This document shows, piece by piece, positions 1 to 10,645 of a stretch of DNA of 56,598 bases; position 1 is the first letter of the stretch; each line of letters starts with the position of its first letter. Origin of the DNA: Basidiobolus meristosporus CBS 931.73 (Eukaryota > Fungi > Basidiobolomycota); NCBI GenBank assembly GCA_002104905.1, contig MCFE01000578.1:1-56598 (forward strand), written 5' to 3'. The notes beneath the pieces are model-generated. The model did no database searches. It was not told the origin of the DNA and worked only from the letters and a program-made list of their open reading frames with translations. The translations under genes and the position numbers were made by a program.

Positions 1-488
1 TATTTTGATACAAGTATTATGGGTTCAGTATTGCTGGTAAGTCTTGTTAGCCCAAGTCTGTCCCTATGAACTAAATCTTTTTGGATGTTCCCTTGCTGTC
101 CACAAGATGGTAAGCTGCAAATAAGCATTTTCTGATGATCTTGAATGGTCCTGTTCCTTTTGGCTCAAACTTCTTCCAGATATTGTTTGTAGCAACACAA
201 AGTTCTTAAATGTCAAATCCTCTGGTGATAAAGTCCCTTCAAATTGCTGCTTCATCTTTTCTGCACTGTTAGTTATTCAGGCCTGTTCCACCTGATGTCA
301 TTGTTCCAACTGCTGGTGTTTACTGTTCTGACTAAGTTTTTCTGTCAAGCTTTTGGTGAGCTTTGATTGTGTGAGATCTCATGGAATTTTTGGTTCACAT
401 CCATACACCAAGTCAAATAGCAATTTTTGGGTGGAACTGTATACCCTAACTCTGGAGGCAAGCAGTGGTTGGTAAATACACATATCCC
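1..488 (-). pseudogene. Degenerate Ty3/Gypsy integrase C-terminal remnant (part left of the CACTA insertion)
   Basis: Minus-strand translation ([46 protein letters not shown]) aligns by eye with the end of the intact Pol at 15183-19316 ([47 protein letters not shown]). It has stops and a frameshift. Confidence 0.85.
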
Positions 489-491
489 ATC

Positions 492-516
492 CCCTATGAA
501 AAATAACTTGGTCCCA
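492..516 (+). repeat. Left TIR of CACTA element
   Basis: ccctatgaaaaataacttggtccca; 13-bp perfect match to the reverse complement of the right end. Confidence 0.8.
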
Positions 517-854
517 TGGGTGGATCCAATCCAGATCATCCGTCAAGATCCTGTTTAGAGATCATCATAATAACAGCAGCTTGGAATTAGTGACCATCCT
601 GACAATCTTATAATAAGATCATGACAGTGTTTTGCAAATTTTACAGCCAAATATAGGGATAAAACTTGACAATTTTTGATGGATTGTGTGACAATATTTG
701 CATGGTATTGTTGCAGTCTTTCAGCGCTCTATTACTATTTTAAGTGGATCCAGTTGGCCAGGACTTCCAATTGCCTTATATGGCAAGAAACATGATGGTA
801 TATTGACAGCCTCACAGCAAGACTCTGATGGCATTTTTTTAGCGGTATGACAGC

Positions 855-3660
855 CTACTGCTGGTTCTGTTTAATGCTACCATACCAATCTACCAAATGG
901 TTTTTCCTTTTTCTACCTCCTGTTGTGCAATTCATATATTCCACTGTAGAGTCATATTTCTTTATTTGCTTACCCACTACTACCTTGGGTATTCCACATA
1001 TAGTTTGAATCAAAAACAACTGTGGCCTCCTGCTTACTAACCTCTGCAAACACGCACACCTGCCGCAATTAACATACTTCTATCTCCTCAACTTTACGGC
1101 TTTTTAGTGTGATACTTGCAAAGTTGCCATATACATTGTACTGCTGATAGCATATACATCTTGCAAACATATGCTTGGTTGTTGCCACTTCTGCCATGAA
1201 TACCTCCTGAATATTGGCAAAGAACTTCTTAGTATTTAGCCAATATATTCCTTCTCCCTGCTGGATTCTAATCCCCCTTATAGGTGCACTCTGGCTTTTG
1301 TTTGTGTGAATTCCATACTGAATGGTGTAGAAGTTTGCTTGTGACCACAAGAGATCCGGCATATCTTGGTGGAGTTTTCCAGACAAAAATTAGTTTCTTG
1401 TTGTACCCAACCCAACTTTGCATTACTTAACTGATTACCCATGTGTTGGGGCTACTTAGCTTCTTAATACCATAGGCATAGGTGTCTCCATGTGCACATT
1501 TGTCCTCAGTATTTTCCAACTCTTTCTGGCTGTCCTCCATGTGCCAGCTCATCACATCCATGACAGACTTGAAGGTAATATTCTTGATGAGATTGGGATA
1601 TGGTAGTACCTGCAACTTGACTTGGCTTCCTATCTCCCCACAGATCTGCTCCATAGGAAACTCCCTAAAGGTGAAGCAAGGCCTGATATTCTCCACCCAC
1701 CATGCAAGATGGAGTAGAGAATGGATACAGTAGCAGCAGAGATCTACAAGTTCAGCTCTATATTTGTAGTATAGCCGCTCAAATCCTATCACAAACTCCT
1801 CACACAACAGCTGTAGATGTGTCAAGTTGGCAATGGTGATCCACTTCTGGATAAATATTCCTACAATGCCCACATATGACTCCCAATGCTTCCCATGTAC
1901 TCTGGGTAGGAATGGCTTCAGAACACCACGTGAATAAATACAAATCCAGTTCATCCAGTCTTTGCATTTATATTGTTGTATATGTGTATGAATATTAATT
2001 GGAGCCCATGAGAAGTACTTAGGGTAGCGGATACTCTGTAATATCCTGCCAATTTTTTCAAATTTCTCTGGTATCTTGAAGGGCTCATTTAGCTTCAAAT
2101 GCCCCATGTACAACTTAGTCATCAGTATAGGGATATTGTTGAAAAGCAAATGCATTGCTCCTAGTGGAAAGCTTTTGCTCCAACAAATACCCTCTATCTT
2201 AAGTATCTCCAGTTTCCAATTGACACCATATTTTGGCCAATGGCTTATAGCGTGTCAACTTTGCCGCAATTGCATGCTTACTTCTGTATGTTCTCTCTGT
2301 GGAAAGATGAAGTTCTAAGTGCTGGTGTTTAGGTAATAATTATGTGTGTGAGTTACAGAGTAAATCCTGGGATCTCACACATTTGAAAGCAGTCTTGTCC
2401 ATTGTGCCTGGAAAAACCTGCTATCTTGCTGATGGCTGGGGTATCTCTAATGCTGATTATAATATGCACTTTTACATGATGGCCATTTATCATTATCCCG
2501 CTGGAAAGCATACAAAATTCATCCAGCAATGGATACAGGTAGCTATCCAGGTTGGACAGTGATTTAAGCCCAGATACCAGTGAGACTACCATCAGATTAT
2601 TGCTCTGATACTGTAAGATGGGTGGTAGATTCAGATTGATGAGAATCAGTGGCAAGCAGGATTTGCTGGTAGAGTACTTGTTTAATGAGAATCCATCAAG
2701 TGCTAAAGCAAAGGCATAGTCATACATACCTTCAAAGTGGCCCTTGCTTCTTAGCTGTTTGTAATGTTTGCCATCAAATATGCCAGATATGCTTGCAGTT
2801 GATTGATACTGAGTGCGGTGCTGTATAGCTTTGCAATATTTGTTGGACTGCATCAGCTTCCTCAGACAGGGTATGACCACAATATATCTGGAGTGTGAAC
2901 AATGTTTTCCCTGAATGGTGGTGGATTCCTGACAATTTGGACACATTGCAATGGTAGCATTTTTGGATGTGAATGCCATGCAACTGTTAGCACATGCTGG
3001 AATCAGGACAGTCTCTGAATCATATGTTGCCAGCTGCATGATGGTTGTCCACTTGTACCATGTATATGGTAAGTTGCATCCTGGTATGATTTTGGCAAGA
3101 AGTTGTGATGAGTCCTCAAAGCCCCCATTACTGATATTAGTGGAAATATGCCACTTCTCTAGCCACAACATTACATCATTCACTAGTAGATGGATTACTG
3201 TGCTCACTTGGCTCCATAAAGTATCCTTGGCATTTGTTTCAATGTGTGTTGTCTCATTACATATAGGGATTTGACCAGGTTCATACATGGTACTGTTGCT
3301 AGGGCAGAGAGGCTCAAAATCCATCAGTGAACCTTCTTTGTAAGAGCTATCACTCTGCATGCCATATTCTGATAGCTGAGGGGAGCATAAAGGTGTCACA
3401 AGCTCACTTGACTCTGTTTGCGCATGGTAACAAAGACAGCCAGGTGCCAATATAAAAGTATCAACTGGCTGGCAAGATAATGTTGGTACAGTGGTGACTG
3501 ATTAATGGTCAAATATGACTTATGTGGCAAAACACTGGCCTTGATCCTTGTAATACTTCCTATGCTGTCTGCGTGCTTCATGGCTGAGAGGCTTGCTACA
3601 GTAGCCACATAGTCTTTTTTCTCTTCTCTTACAGCATTGAGTCAAAGTAGTCTTGTCCAT
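855..3660 (-). pseudogene. CACTA Tnp2/Transposase_21-type transposase, broken by stops and frameshifts
   Basis: ATG at 3660 (MDKTTLTQ..CGYCSKPL). Central CANSCMAF..CPNC..DGKHYKQL..ALALDGF..PLILINLNLPP..DSYLYPLLDEF..DTPA..GF..HNG. Then MHLLFNNI..KDWMNW..HSLLHL..FPMEQICG (DUF4218-like C-terminal region). ORFs 2353-3450, 1427-2155, 1069-1386, 855-1049. Confidence 0.85.
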
Positions 3661-3946
3661 GGGGCAAACAGTTTGACCTGCAACAACGTAACACTATTAT
3701 ACCACTTTTTGGTTAATACTCATGTGAACTTAAGACAGTCTTGTATTTGTGACATTGCACCTACATGAATGTAAGATTCAATGTTGACTCACCATAGTAA
3801 GCATTACAAATAAAGTGTGGCACCACATACACACATTTGTGTAACACTATTTCCCCTTTGGTTTGATTCACTTCCATATATATGCCGCAAAAAATAAAGC
3901 AAAGTTGTCTGGTTCTCAACCAAACTCCACTGCAGATGGCAACAGA

Positions 3947-6900
3947 AGAGCGGTTGGACAACAGCTTGCTTTGACATTCAGTGCAACAAGCAGGGTTGTA
4001 TAAAAAAAAGGCCCTGTGGACAGTGTGCCCATTGAAGGAAATAATGCGGACTCCTCAGGCTCTCAGTCAAGTAGGCAATTGAGAACCTCTGCGGAGCCAC
4101 AAGCTGACCATTATGCTCAGGCAAATGAGAATGTAGCAAATGCAGTACCCTCAGTTGAAGATCAGCAAGTGGCCATGATAACATCACAACCACCCATATT
4201 GGCAAGTATGTTGTCAGCACATACCAAAGCATCAATGAGGCAATTAGGTCCAGTGGCTGATGGGATAGATGCAATGGCCCAGAGAAATCAGAAAGTAGTC
4301 CAGAAACAGGACAAGTGGACAATATGTGTAAAGCAATCAATATCCCAGGTAGAGAAAGCAGTATCCTTGCTGCAAAGAAGGAACTCAAGTAGCTCAATGT
4401 CACAGCCAAGAATTGGACCAATTCCCAATGTACCAGCAGAGGAGCACCATACTGTCTTTGAAGCACAACAACAGTGCCCAATGATAAGGCCCACCAAAAA
4501 ACCTATCACAGCATTGTGGTGGTGTATAAGTCCAAGGGAGAGATACATCCAACACTTCTCAAGTGTTTTGTGTGTGGGGTGCTCACTGGGTGCAATAACC
4601 TCTGGCAAAAGCTTGCTAGGAATACTTGGGTTATGTCTCTAATCTAATGTGAGGGGGAATAAAGCCACAAGCTTGTCAAGGGAAAGCAATTGAGCTACAA
4701 TCCCTAACTTTGTTGGCGTCTTAACAAAAGTATGTGCTGGGTTGAACATCCTTTGAGATGACAATATACTAAAGCTTCCAAAGTCAAAACAACTGTAAAC
4801 TCCACCAGCAGGGACTTGATAAGATTGCAGCTGTGGTCAATAGTTACAAAGACAGAAAAGTATCTTTGCCTGTACAAGAGCAAAATTGGGAAAGAATCAA
4901 ATATAATAAAAGATACCTACTCTGAGTATTCCTCAAAGGTAGTGCCTCCAAGGTCAGTTGGCTGTCAGTGGGGTTTCCTGGGAGTGTCCTGTGGTCTAGG
5001 GTTGGAAGTTCAGGTAGCAGCAGGTAGCAGTGATTACTAATCATGGTGTTCCAGAGGGTTCCAGATATCAATAGAAATCTTAATGACATCAGAATGACCT
5101 AAGAATGTTCTAAGTAGGTGCCGGAAGGTTTGAAGAGGCACAGCACATCCAACCAATCAGGAATCATTATTCTGAAACCTGTGTAGCATAGGGATACCAT
5201 ATATGGTATGGATATGGTAGGAATGGTGACACAGGTTGATCATGTGTCATGGGTGCTGGCATGGGTACTTGCCTAAAATAGAAGTACTTATAGCTAGTAA
5301 TCTTACATAAAGTGAGGGGTAACTTATGCAATAAGGTAAGCAGGTGTGATAGTCAACTGGCTTATGGGATTGTACTGATTGGGTAAGATAATTGGGATAA
5401 AACTGAAATAAGTGTAGTAGAGATATAAGGAAGTAGAAAATAAGGGAATGAGCACATCTGTCAGTGGGTGTCACTGTCACCCCACTACAGTGTGGGAGGG
5501 AGACAATGTGGTGTTTATACCAAAGCCTAAAAATCAAAACACATTCAAGATCTGGGTAGCCATTGAGGGCAATAACAAAGAGTGGGCCAATATACAAGAG
5601 TCCATCAGAAGTCTAGCACGTCATCACCTTTAGGCCAGCATACCATGGGACCATCAGGAACTGAAGGCCAAGCAGAATGCACTTCACTTGTTCCATGAGC
5701 ATTATCCTGGATTCAAACGGGCAAACAGTTTTTGGGCCAGCATTAGCATGCTAAGAAAGTATCTTAAAAATAGCAGAAACTATCAAAGGCAGAAGAACAA
5801 GGGTGCCATGGCTAAAAACCAGCAGCTTCCTCAAGAGCCCATTACAAGCAGGGCCAAAAGCTCCAGACAAGCATCAAAGAGACATCAGGCAGCTGGAAGA
5901 GTGCCAATTAAGGACAAGCAGGCAGACATCAATTTACCAGCACAACATTTATCAAGGAAGAGCGTAGTACCACTCAAGATGCGCCCAGTCAAAGTAGCAG
6001 TGAAGGACCTGGCAGTGCTAGAAACCAGCCGCTTTTACAGGAGCCTGTCACAACTACAGTTGAGAGCTCAAAACAAGCTAAAAAAAACATCAGGTTGCCA
6101 GAAGAGTGCCAGCAAGGGACAAGCAAGCCAAAGTAGATGCATCAGAGCAGAACTTATCCAGGAGAAAACGTAGTTCTTTACAAGAAGCACTCAGACAAAG
6201 TAGCAGTGAAAGACCTGGCAGTGATAAACAAAAAGGTAAAGGGAAAAATGTTTACCCAAGCCTGAGACAGGGAGGCATGCAAAAAAAACTGCAGTTCTTA
6301 CCAATTAATGCCACAAGCCAGGAACAGACTTAATCCCATCATAGCAAGAAGAATTACCAACAAGAAAACAGCTGTTTTCACCAGAGTTAGAAGTGCAGCC
6401 AGTTGAGCTACACTCCAGCAAGGTAGATGAGTGTGCTGAAAGAGGCAATTTTTCTGCCACAGCCTCCACAGCCTCCATTGTTGACAGAGTGGAGATCCCG
6501 CTGACAAACAAGGCTACAACATCAAGAGCTCAAAAGACTATCACAATGCCTCCAATAGAGTTATGGAACATTAGTAAGCACACCAAGAGGTTACAACACT
6601 TCTTCAAGAGCAGTACTCAAGAAAACACACTGGAATATTGCAAGTATTTATTTCAAAGACTGGCAGATGAGGAGCTAGACTTTGCAGTGCTGGCTGAAGA
6701 CCATGATGTGTGGGAACCAGAGAATGAACAGTGGCGTAATGCTGTTGGGTTCCTGCCAAAGTCATGGAACCAGAGCATTGCAGCAGAAATACTATTGAGT
6801 GGTGGATTTTAATGGAGTTACTTGTTGAGTGTGGGGTTGGGCTTGATGTTAGTGTAGGGTATAGAGACTTGTATAGGTCAATGCAATTGGAGATTGAGGT

Positions 6901-6949
6901 ACAACTAAGTTTCAATGGAAATAAATCGATTCACACGCATGAAAAGTAA
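3947..6949 (+). pseudogene. CACTA accessory ORF2 (uncharacterised, roughly 650 aa when repaired), divergent from the transposase; interrupted by a solo LTR and frameshifts
   Basis: ORF fragments 4016-4514, ~5494-5630, 5688-6333, 6393-6949 join across the LTR insertion (PTKKPITA|WEGDNVVFIPKPKNQ). Homologous fragments recur at 20.5-23.7, 31.7-34.7, 40.7-42.3 and 46.3-48.4 kb. Confidence 0.7.
4515..5489 (-). mobile_element. Solo-LTR-like repeat, ~1-kb TGTGGTGG family (copy A)
   Basis: Termini tgtggtgg...ccactaca. Flanks gcat/gtgt are consistent with a decayed GCGT 4-bp TSD. The paralog at ~46910 is empty. Orientation is inferred from homology to the LTR-gag at 55362. Confidence 0.8.
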
Positions 6950-7948
6950 GTGAAATGGTTGAGTCAGGAAGCAGGAAGTGTGAAAAAGAGGCAATAGCCA
7001 GTCAATTCACACAAATGAAGGAGGCAATAGAGTGTCCAGGATCAGAAAGTGAGCAACTTGGCAGGGAACTAATCAAAAGTCACTTGTACACTGCTACGAT
7101 GAAAAATTTTGACAAAGTTTTTTGTGAAATTTAGGGTGCAATTATTTTTCAATGGTCTCTGGATGGTGTCCTGACAAGATCAGTACCTCTTAGTCACGGG
7201 ACATTAGACTTGTTCCATCGTACCGTGCCAGGGCGCGCGGCGCGATCCGCGGTTGCAAAGAACGATCGGGCGCGATATTATAGCTACCAGAAGGCAGGAT
7301 CGTTCTTGGACGATTTCGCACTATGCGGGACGATCTCGCACACTATGGCACAATCTGACACGATGAGGTTGGCGCGGATGATCGCGCCAACTCGTAATGC
7401 TTGCATCACGTGCGCGATCGGATACCGCTATAATGGCAGGTAAAATCCGGTATTTGGATATGTTTCTTTAATGTAAATGGAAATAAATGTGTATCACACT
7501 ATAAACTACACTGATACTTACCATTTTGGTTACCCTCACTCCAATTGGACGGTATCTCAGTGGTTAATTGGTCCAAAAGTATCCTGAAGCTGGCAGCCCC
7601 CAATTGGCTCATTGACTACTGAAAAAGCTACCTGATTCGCCATCAAATATCCCATTTTGCCCATTGAGCAAGTAAATCCCTGATCCTAGTGATTGGGCAA
7701 GGTTTCATAGCTAGCACGCAAGCGATCGTGTAGGTGCGAAACAGATCCAATAGCTGCACTGGTATTACAGATGACGTATATATATGCAGGGTGTTTATTT
7801 ATAGGGGTTCTGTCTCAAATGTGAGACGACCTTGATATTACTTATATCAAAAATTTGATGATCACTGATTTGCAATGGCTCGATTGGGATCACAAAAAAA
7901 AAGGGTTGTCGGGATCATTACGAATGTGAGCAATTCAAAGCAATCGCA

Positions 7949-9195
7949 TCATCTTCTCCTGGGTTTTTTTCTCACAGGGATTACTACTGAAGCATTTGGT
8001 AGTGACTCACTTTGCACACCTATACTACTTCCTGGCTGACTATCATCTTGGCTACTTGTGTATTCGTAGTCAGTATTTTGCCTCCTAGTTGATGAGTGCG
8101 ATGCTGCAGCTTGGCCGCGCTGAATCGCTCCGACTGAACCAACTGAACCGGCCTGTAGTGCCACGCGCTGACGCGTTCTTTACTTGCCAAGGGCTCCGGT
8201 GGTTGAGTCACTTCATGTTGGTCATCATCAGTCAGTTCACCAGAAGAAACTCGCTGATGGTCAGGCGAAACAGCACGCGCAGGCGCGCCTTGACGCGTTG
8301 AGATGGCCCTTGGCTGAGTTCGATGTGATGCCGCATGTTGACGCGACTCGGTCCGCTCCAATGGACTTGTGTCTAAATGAGCAGTTTGGCGAGTTCTGGT
8401 AGTTTTGCTCTGAAGCGCGCGCGTTGACCCGATGCGCGTTGACTCGACGCGTGGCGTTCTGGTAAAGGGTGTTGGCGCGGTCTGGACTGACGTGCGCCGG
8501 CGCGCTGTGGTTGCAAGAGATGGTAGGGAATCCAGCGAGGCGTGCTGGCGCGATCTGGACGATGTTGCTCGCGGTCTGTATTCTTCCTCCTGAAGCTCAC
8601 CATCTGATTCCTCAAGGTATTCACTTACCCTCTGTCTGATACTTTGGAGCTGTTGCCTGGATGAGACCTGTGTATATTGCTCTCGGAAGCCACTTAGCTC
8701 TACTAATATATCACGTAGTACATTAGTCATTTGAGGCAAAAACTCATTCAAAATCTCTTTGGTTCCCAAAGTTGAGGCACGAACGGACGCGTCCGGCCCG
8801 TACTGCGCAAATTGCGCGCGAAATTGTTCCCGCGCGGCTTCCTCGTCAAATCCCCTCACTCTCAGCTCATTCTTGATTTCAATACTTGTCTTGTTATATA
8901 TCTTTTTACATACATCGGCTGGCATCTTGATGTAGAACTCATGCCACAGCTTTCTACTCCAATTCTTCCATCTTTGTCGACTCTCTGAGGTATCTAGTTC
9001 TGCTAGATTAATCAGTAGTGCCCAAATATCTGTATGAAGGCTCATCATAGACACTTGGGCCATACTAAAATCATTTGGCGAGAACTCGAACGGATCCGAC
9101 ATCGATTTCTCCGGTCCAGACCGCGCTAGTGAGCTGGGGGATGGGTTTTGTCTGGGTTGTACTAAAGATGAGTTGAGGCTTGGTATGGGGACCAT
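7949..9195 (-). CDS. PHIS accessory ORF (~415 aa after repairing a 1-bp frameshift): helical N-terminal domain, S/R/T/Q-rich disordered region, C-terminal NLS-like VRKKPRRR
   Basis: 391-aa ORF 8020-9195 plus overlapping frame 7949-8164. The paralog at 49050-49053 has 4 T where this copy has 3 (8179-8181), which joins the frames. The true start may be a downstream Met. Confidence 0.7.
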
Positions 9196-9554
9196 AGCAA
9201 CGGATTTGGATACTTATACAGCAGTATATTGGCATCAACCTGGTCTTATATGAAATATATATGAAAACTAATGTGATTGTTGAATTTTCCATATATTATG
9301 CATGATGCATCTCGGATCGCGTTGACACGGATCAGATCACATCAATCGCAGATTTCCTATTTGATTATAGACCTATGATTAAAGCATCAATAAAAGTACC
9401 AAGGCATTGTTTGCGGATGATTTTTGCGACATAATGATGGGATACATGGTAATTGATGGAGATTTAACCATAATGTGTTAAAAATCAGATAAATAACGCA
9501 GATCGCGCCGAATCGATTCAATACGCCTCCATACGATCATCCATCAATTTTAAT
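9196..9554. promoter_or_regulatory. Putative bidirectional promoter between the two PHIS ORFs
   Basis: Lies between divergent starts; ApT-dense (atatattatgcatgatgcat), retains CpG, and has GATCGCG at 9315 and 9501. Confidence 0.5.
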
Positions 9555-10439
9555 ATGACTTACTCATCTGAATGGTCTTTTCTCATCAATCCCATCACTA
9601 CCACTGGATTTCCTTTTGACACACTGGAGGAGATCTATTCCAAGTACTGTGGACCATCAACCCCAATCTACTCAAGGAGATCCCTTGTTAAGCTTCTCTG
9701 CTATTACAAGAACTATTGCCCTACAAGGTTTCATCCCACCATCCATGGCAACAAAAGTCCTAGAAGCTTTCATTCTCAGCTGACAGCAATGGAGAACCAC
9801 CTTGCAGAGGGTATGAATGACTTAGAGCAAGCTTGGAATACTAGGTTCAGAAGCTCCAATAGACTTCCATATCCCAGAGTGTTCAGCAACAGGTTCCATA
9901 TCAGGAGTATTTTGGATACCTTCCCAGTGAGGATTAACAGACCTTCTAGAGGGCAGAGGCACTTTTATTCTGGCAAGTACAAGGCACACTGTGTGAAGTT
10001 TCAAGCACTGTCTGACATTGAGGGTAACATCATCTGGTTTAGTGGGCCATTTGCTGGAAGTAGGCATGACAAAGCACTCTGGGTAGAGAATCATCCTGAA
10101 TTCAGTAGAGGGGAGAAATGTATGGCAGACTTGGCCTATATAGGAGAGGATTGTCAGAGATTAGGATGTATTACAGCTTATAGGAAGCCAAGGAATGGTG
10201 TGCTTAGAAGGAAGCAGAAGCTCTACAATGAGATATTTAATCATTTCAGAGTAAGGGTAGAGCACACATTTGGATATCTGAAGAGATTCAGCATATTGGC
10301 AGGTAAATACAGAGGAAAGTCATATATAGGAGAAAACAGCAGAATAGGTAAAATAGTTAAGATACTTATCAATGCACAGTATGTTCATACAAGAAGACAT
10401 CCACTGAGAGAAATGTGTCTGGAGCATTATGAAGAGTAA
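9555..10439 (+). CDS. DDE transposase, IS5/ISL2-like (DDE_Tnp_4 family), 294 aa, intact
   Basis: ILDTFPVRINRP (D1); YSGKYKAHCVKFQ; GPFAGSRHD; MADLAYIG (D2); RKP..KLYN..FRVRVEHTFGYLKRFSIL (E). N-terminal TGFPFDTL..LVKLLCYYKNY resembles the HTH region of ISL2-type proteins. Confidence 0.92.
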   Translation: MTYSSEWSFLINPITTTGFPFDTLEEIYSKYCGPSTPIYSRRSLVKLLCYYKNYCPTRFHPTIHGNKSPRSFHSQLTAMENHLAEGMNDLEQAWNTRFRSSNRLPYPRVFSNRFHIRSILDTFPVRINRPSRGQRHFYSGKYKAHCVKFQALSDIEGNIIWFSGPFAGSRHDKALWVENHPEFSRGEKCMADLAYIGEDCQRLGCITAYRKPRNGVLRRKQKLYNEIFNHFRVRVEHTFGYLKRFSILAGKYRGKSYIGENSRIGKIVKILINAQYVHTRRHPLREMCLEHYEE

Positions 10440-10533
10440 ATAAAGCAAGGAAAGCACTATTCTGAGCAACATAAGTAAGATTGAGTAAAGTTACCAGTAA
10501 CTGTATCATACCACTGGCATCATGGTAGAAATT

Positions 10534-10606
10534 ATAGTGCCAGATAGTGCCGTAGAGTGCCTGATCGATCCGGCACTATAAACAGGCTGGCACTATGTGG
10601 CACTAT
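10534..10606. repeat. PHIS right subterminal motif array: 3x A(T/G)AGTGCC, GATCGATC, 3x GGCACTAT
   Basis: Motifs at 10534, 10544, 10554 and inverted at 10572, 10589, 10599. Confidence 0.75.
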
Positions 10607-10645
10607 CCAACGGAACAAGTCTATTAACTTTGTGATGGCCTTTTG

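Larger units (their letters stand above)
7206..10622 (+). mobile_element. ISL2/PIF-Harbinger-like (PHIS) DNA transposon, 3417 bp, two divergent ORFs, apparently young
   Basis: TIR agacttgttcc (7206) / ggaacaagtct (10622); 3-bp TSD ATT (7203-7205, 10623-10625). Empty-site paralogs at ~33490, ~40480 (reverse) and ~48625 read ...tcttagtca...ttta...tgtg. Intact DDE transposase. Confidence 0.9.

Noticed and set aside
1385-1440. Possible short intron in the CACTA transposase (minus strand)
   Set aside because: A GT and ctaat branch-like motif are visible but the acceptor is not canonical in this decayed copy; not supportable without a consensus or RNA.
4515-5489. DIRS/Ngaro (tyrosine recombinase) origin of the 1-kb repeats
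   Set aside because: TG..CA ends and 4-bp TSDs indicate DDE-integrase insertion; no YR ORF seen.
7210-7443. 77-aa ORF at the PHIS left end
   Set aside because: Lies in the GC-rich subterminal motif region where stops are rare; no recognisable domain.
9555-10439. Bacterial IS5/ISL2 contamination or recent horizontal transfer
   Set aside because: Inserted with a TSD into a eukaryotic CACTA, has a decayed paralog in the window, a partner ORF with an NLS-like end, and zero CpG.
10534-10606. Short regularly spaced repeats resembling a mini-CRISPR
   Set aside because: 8-bp motifs with 2-9-bp spacing, half inverted, no cas genes, eukaryotic TE context.
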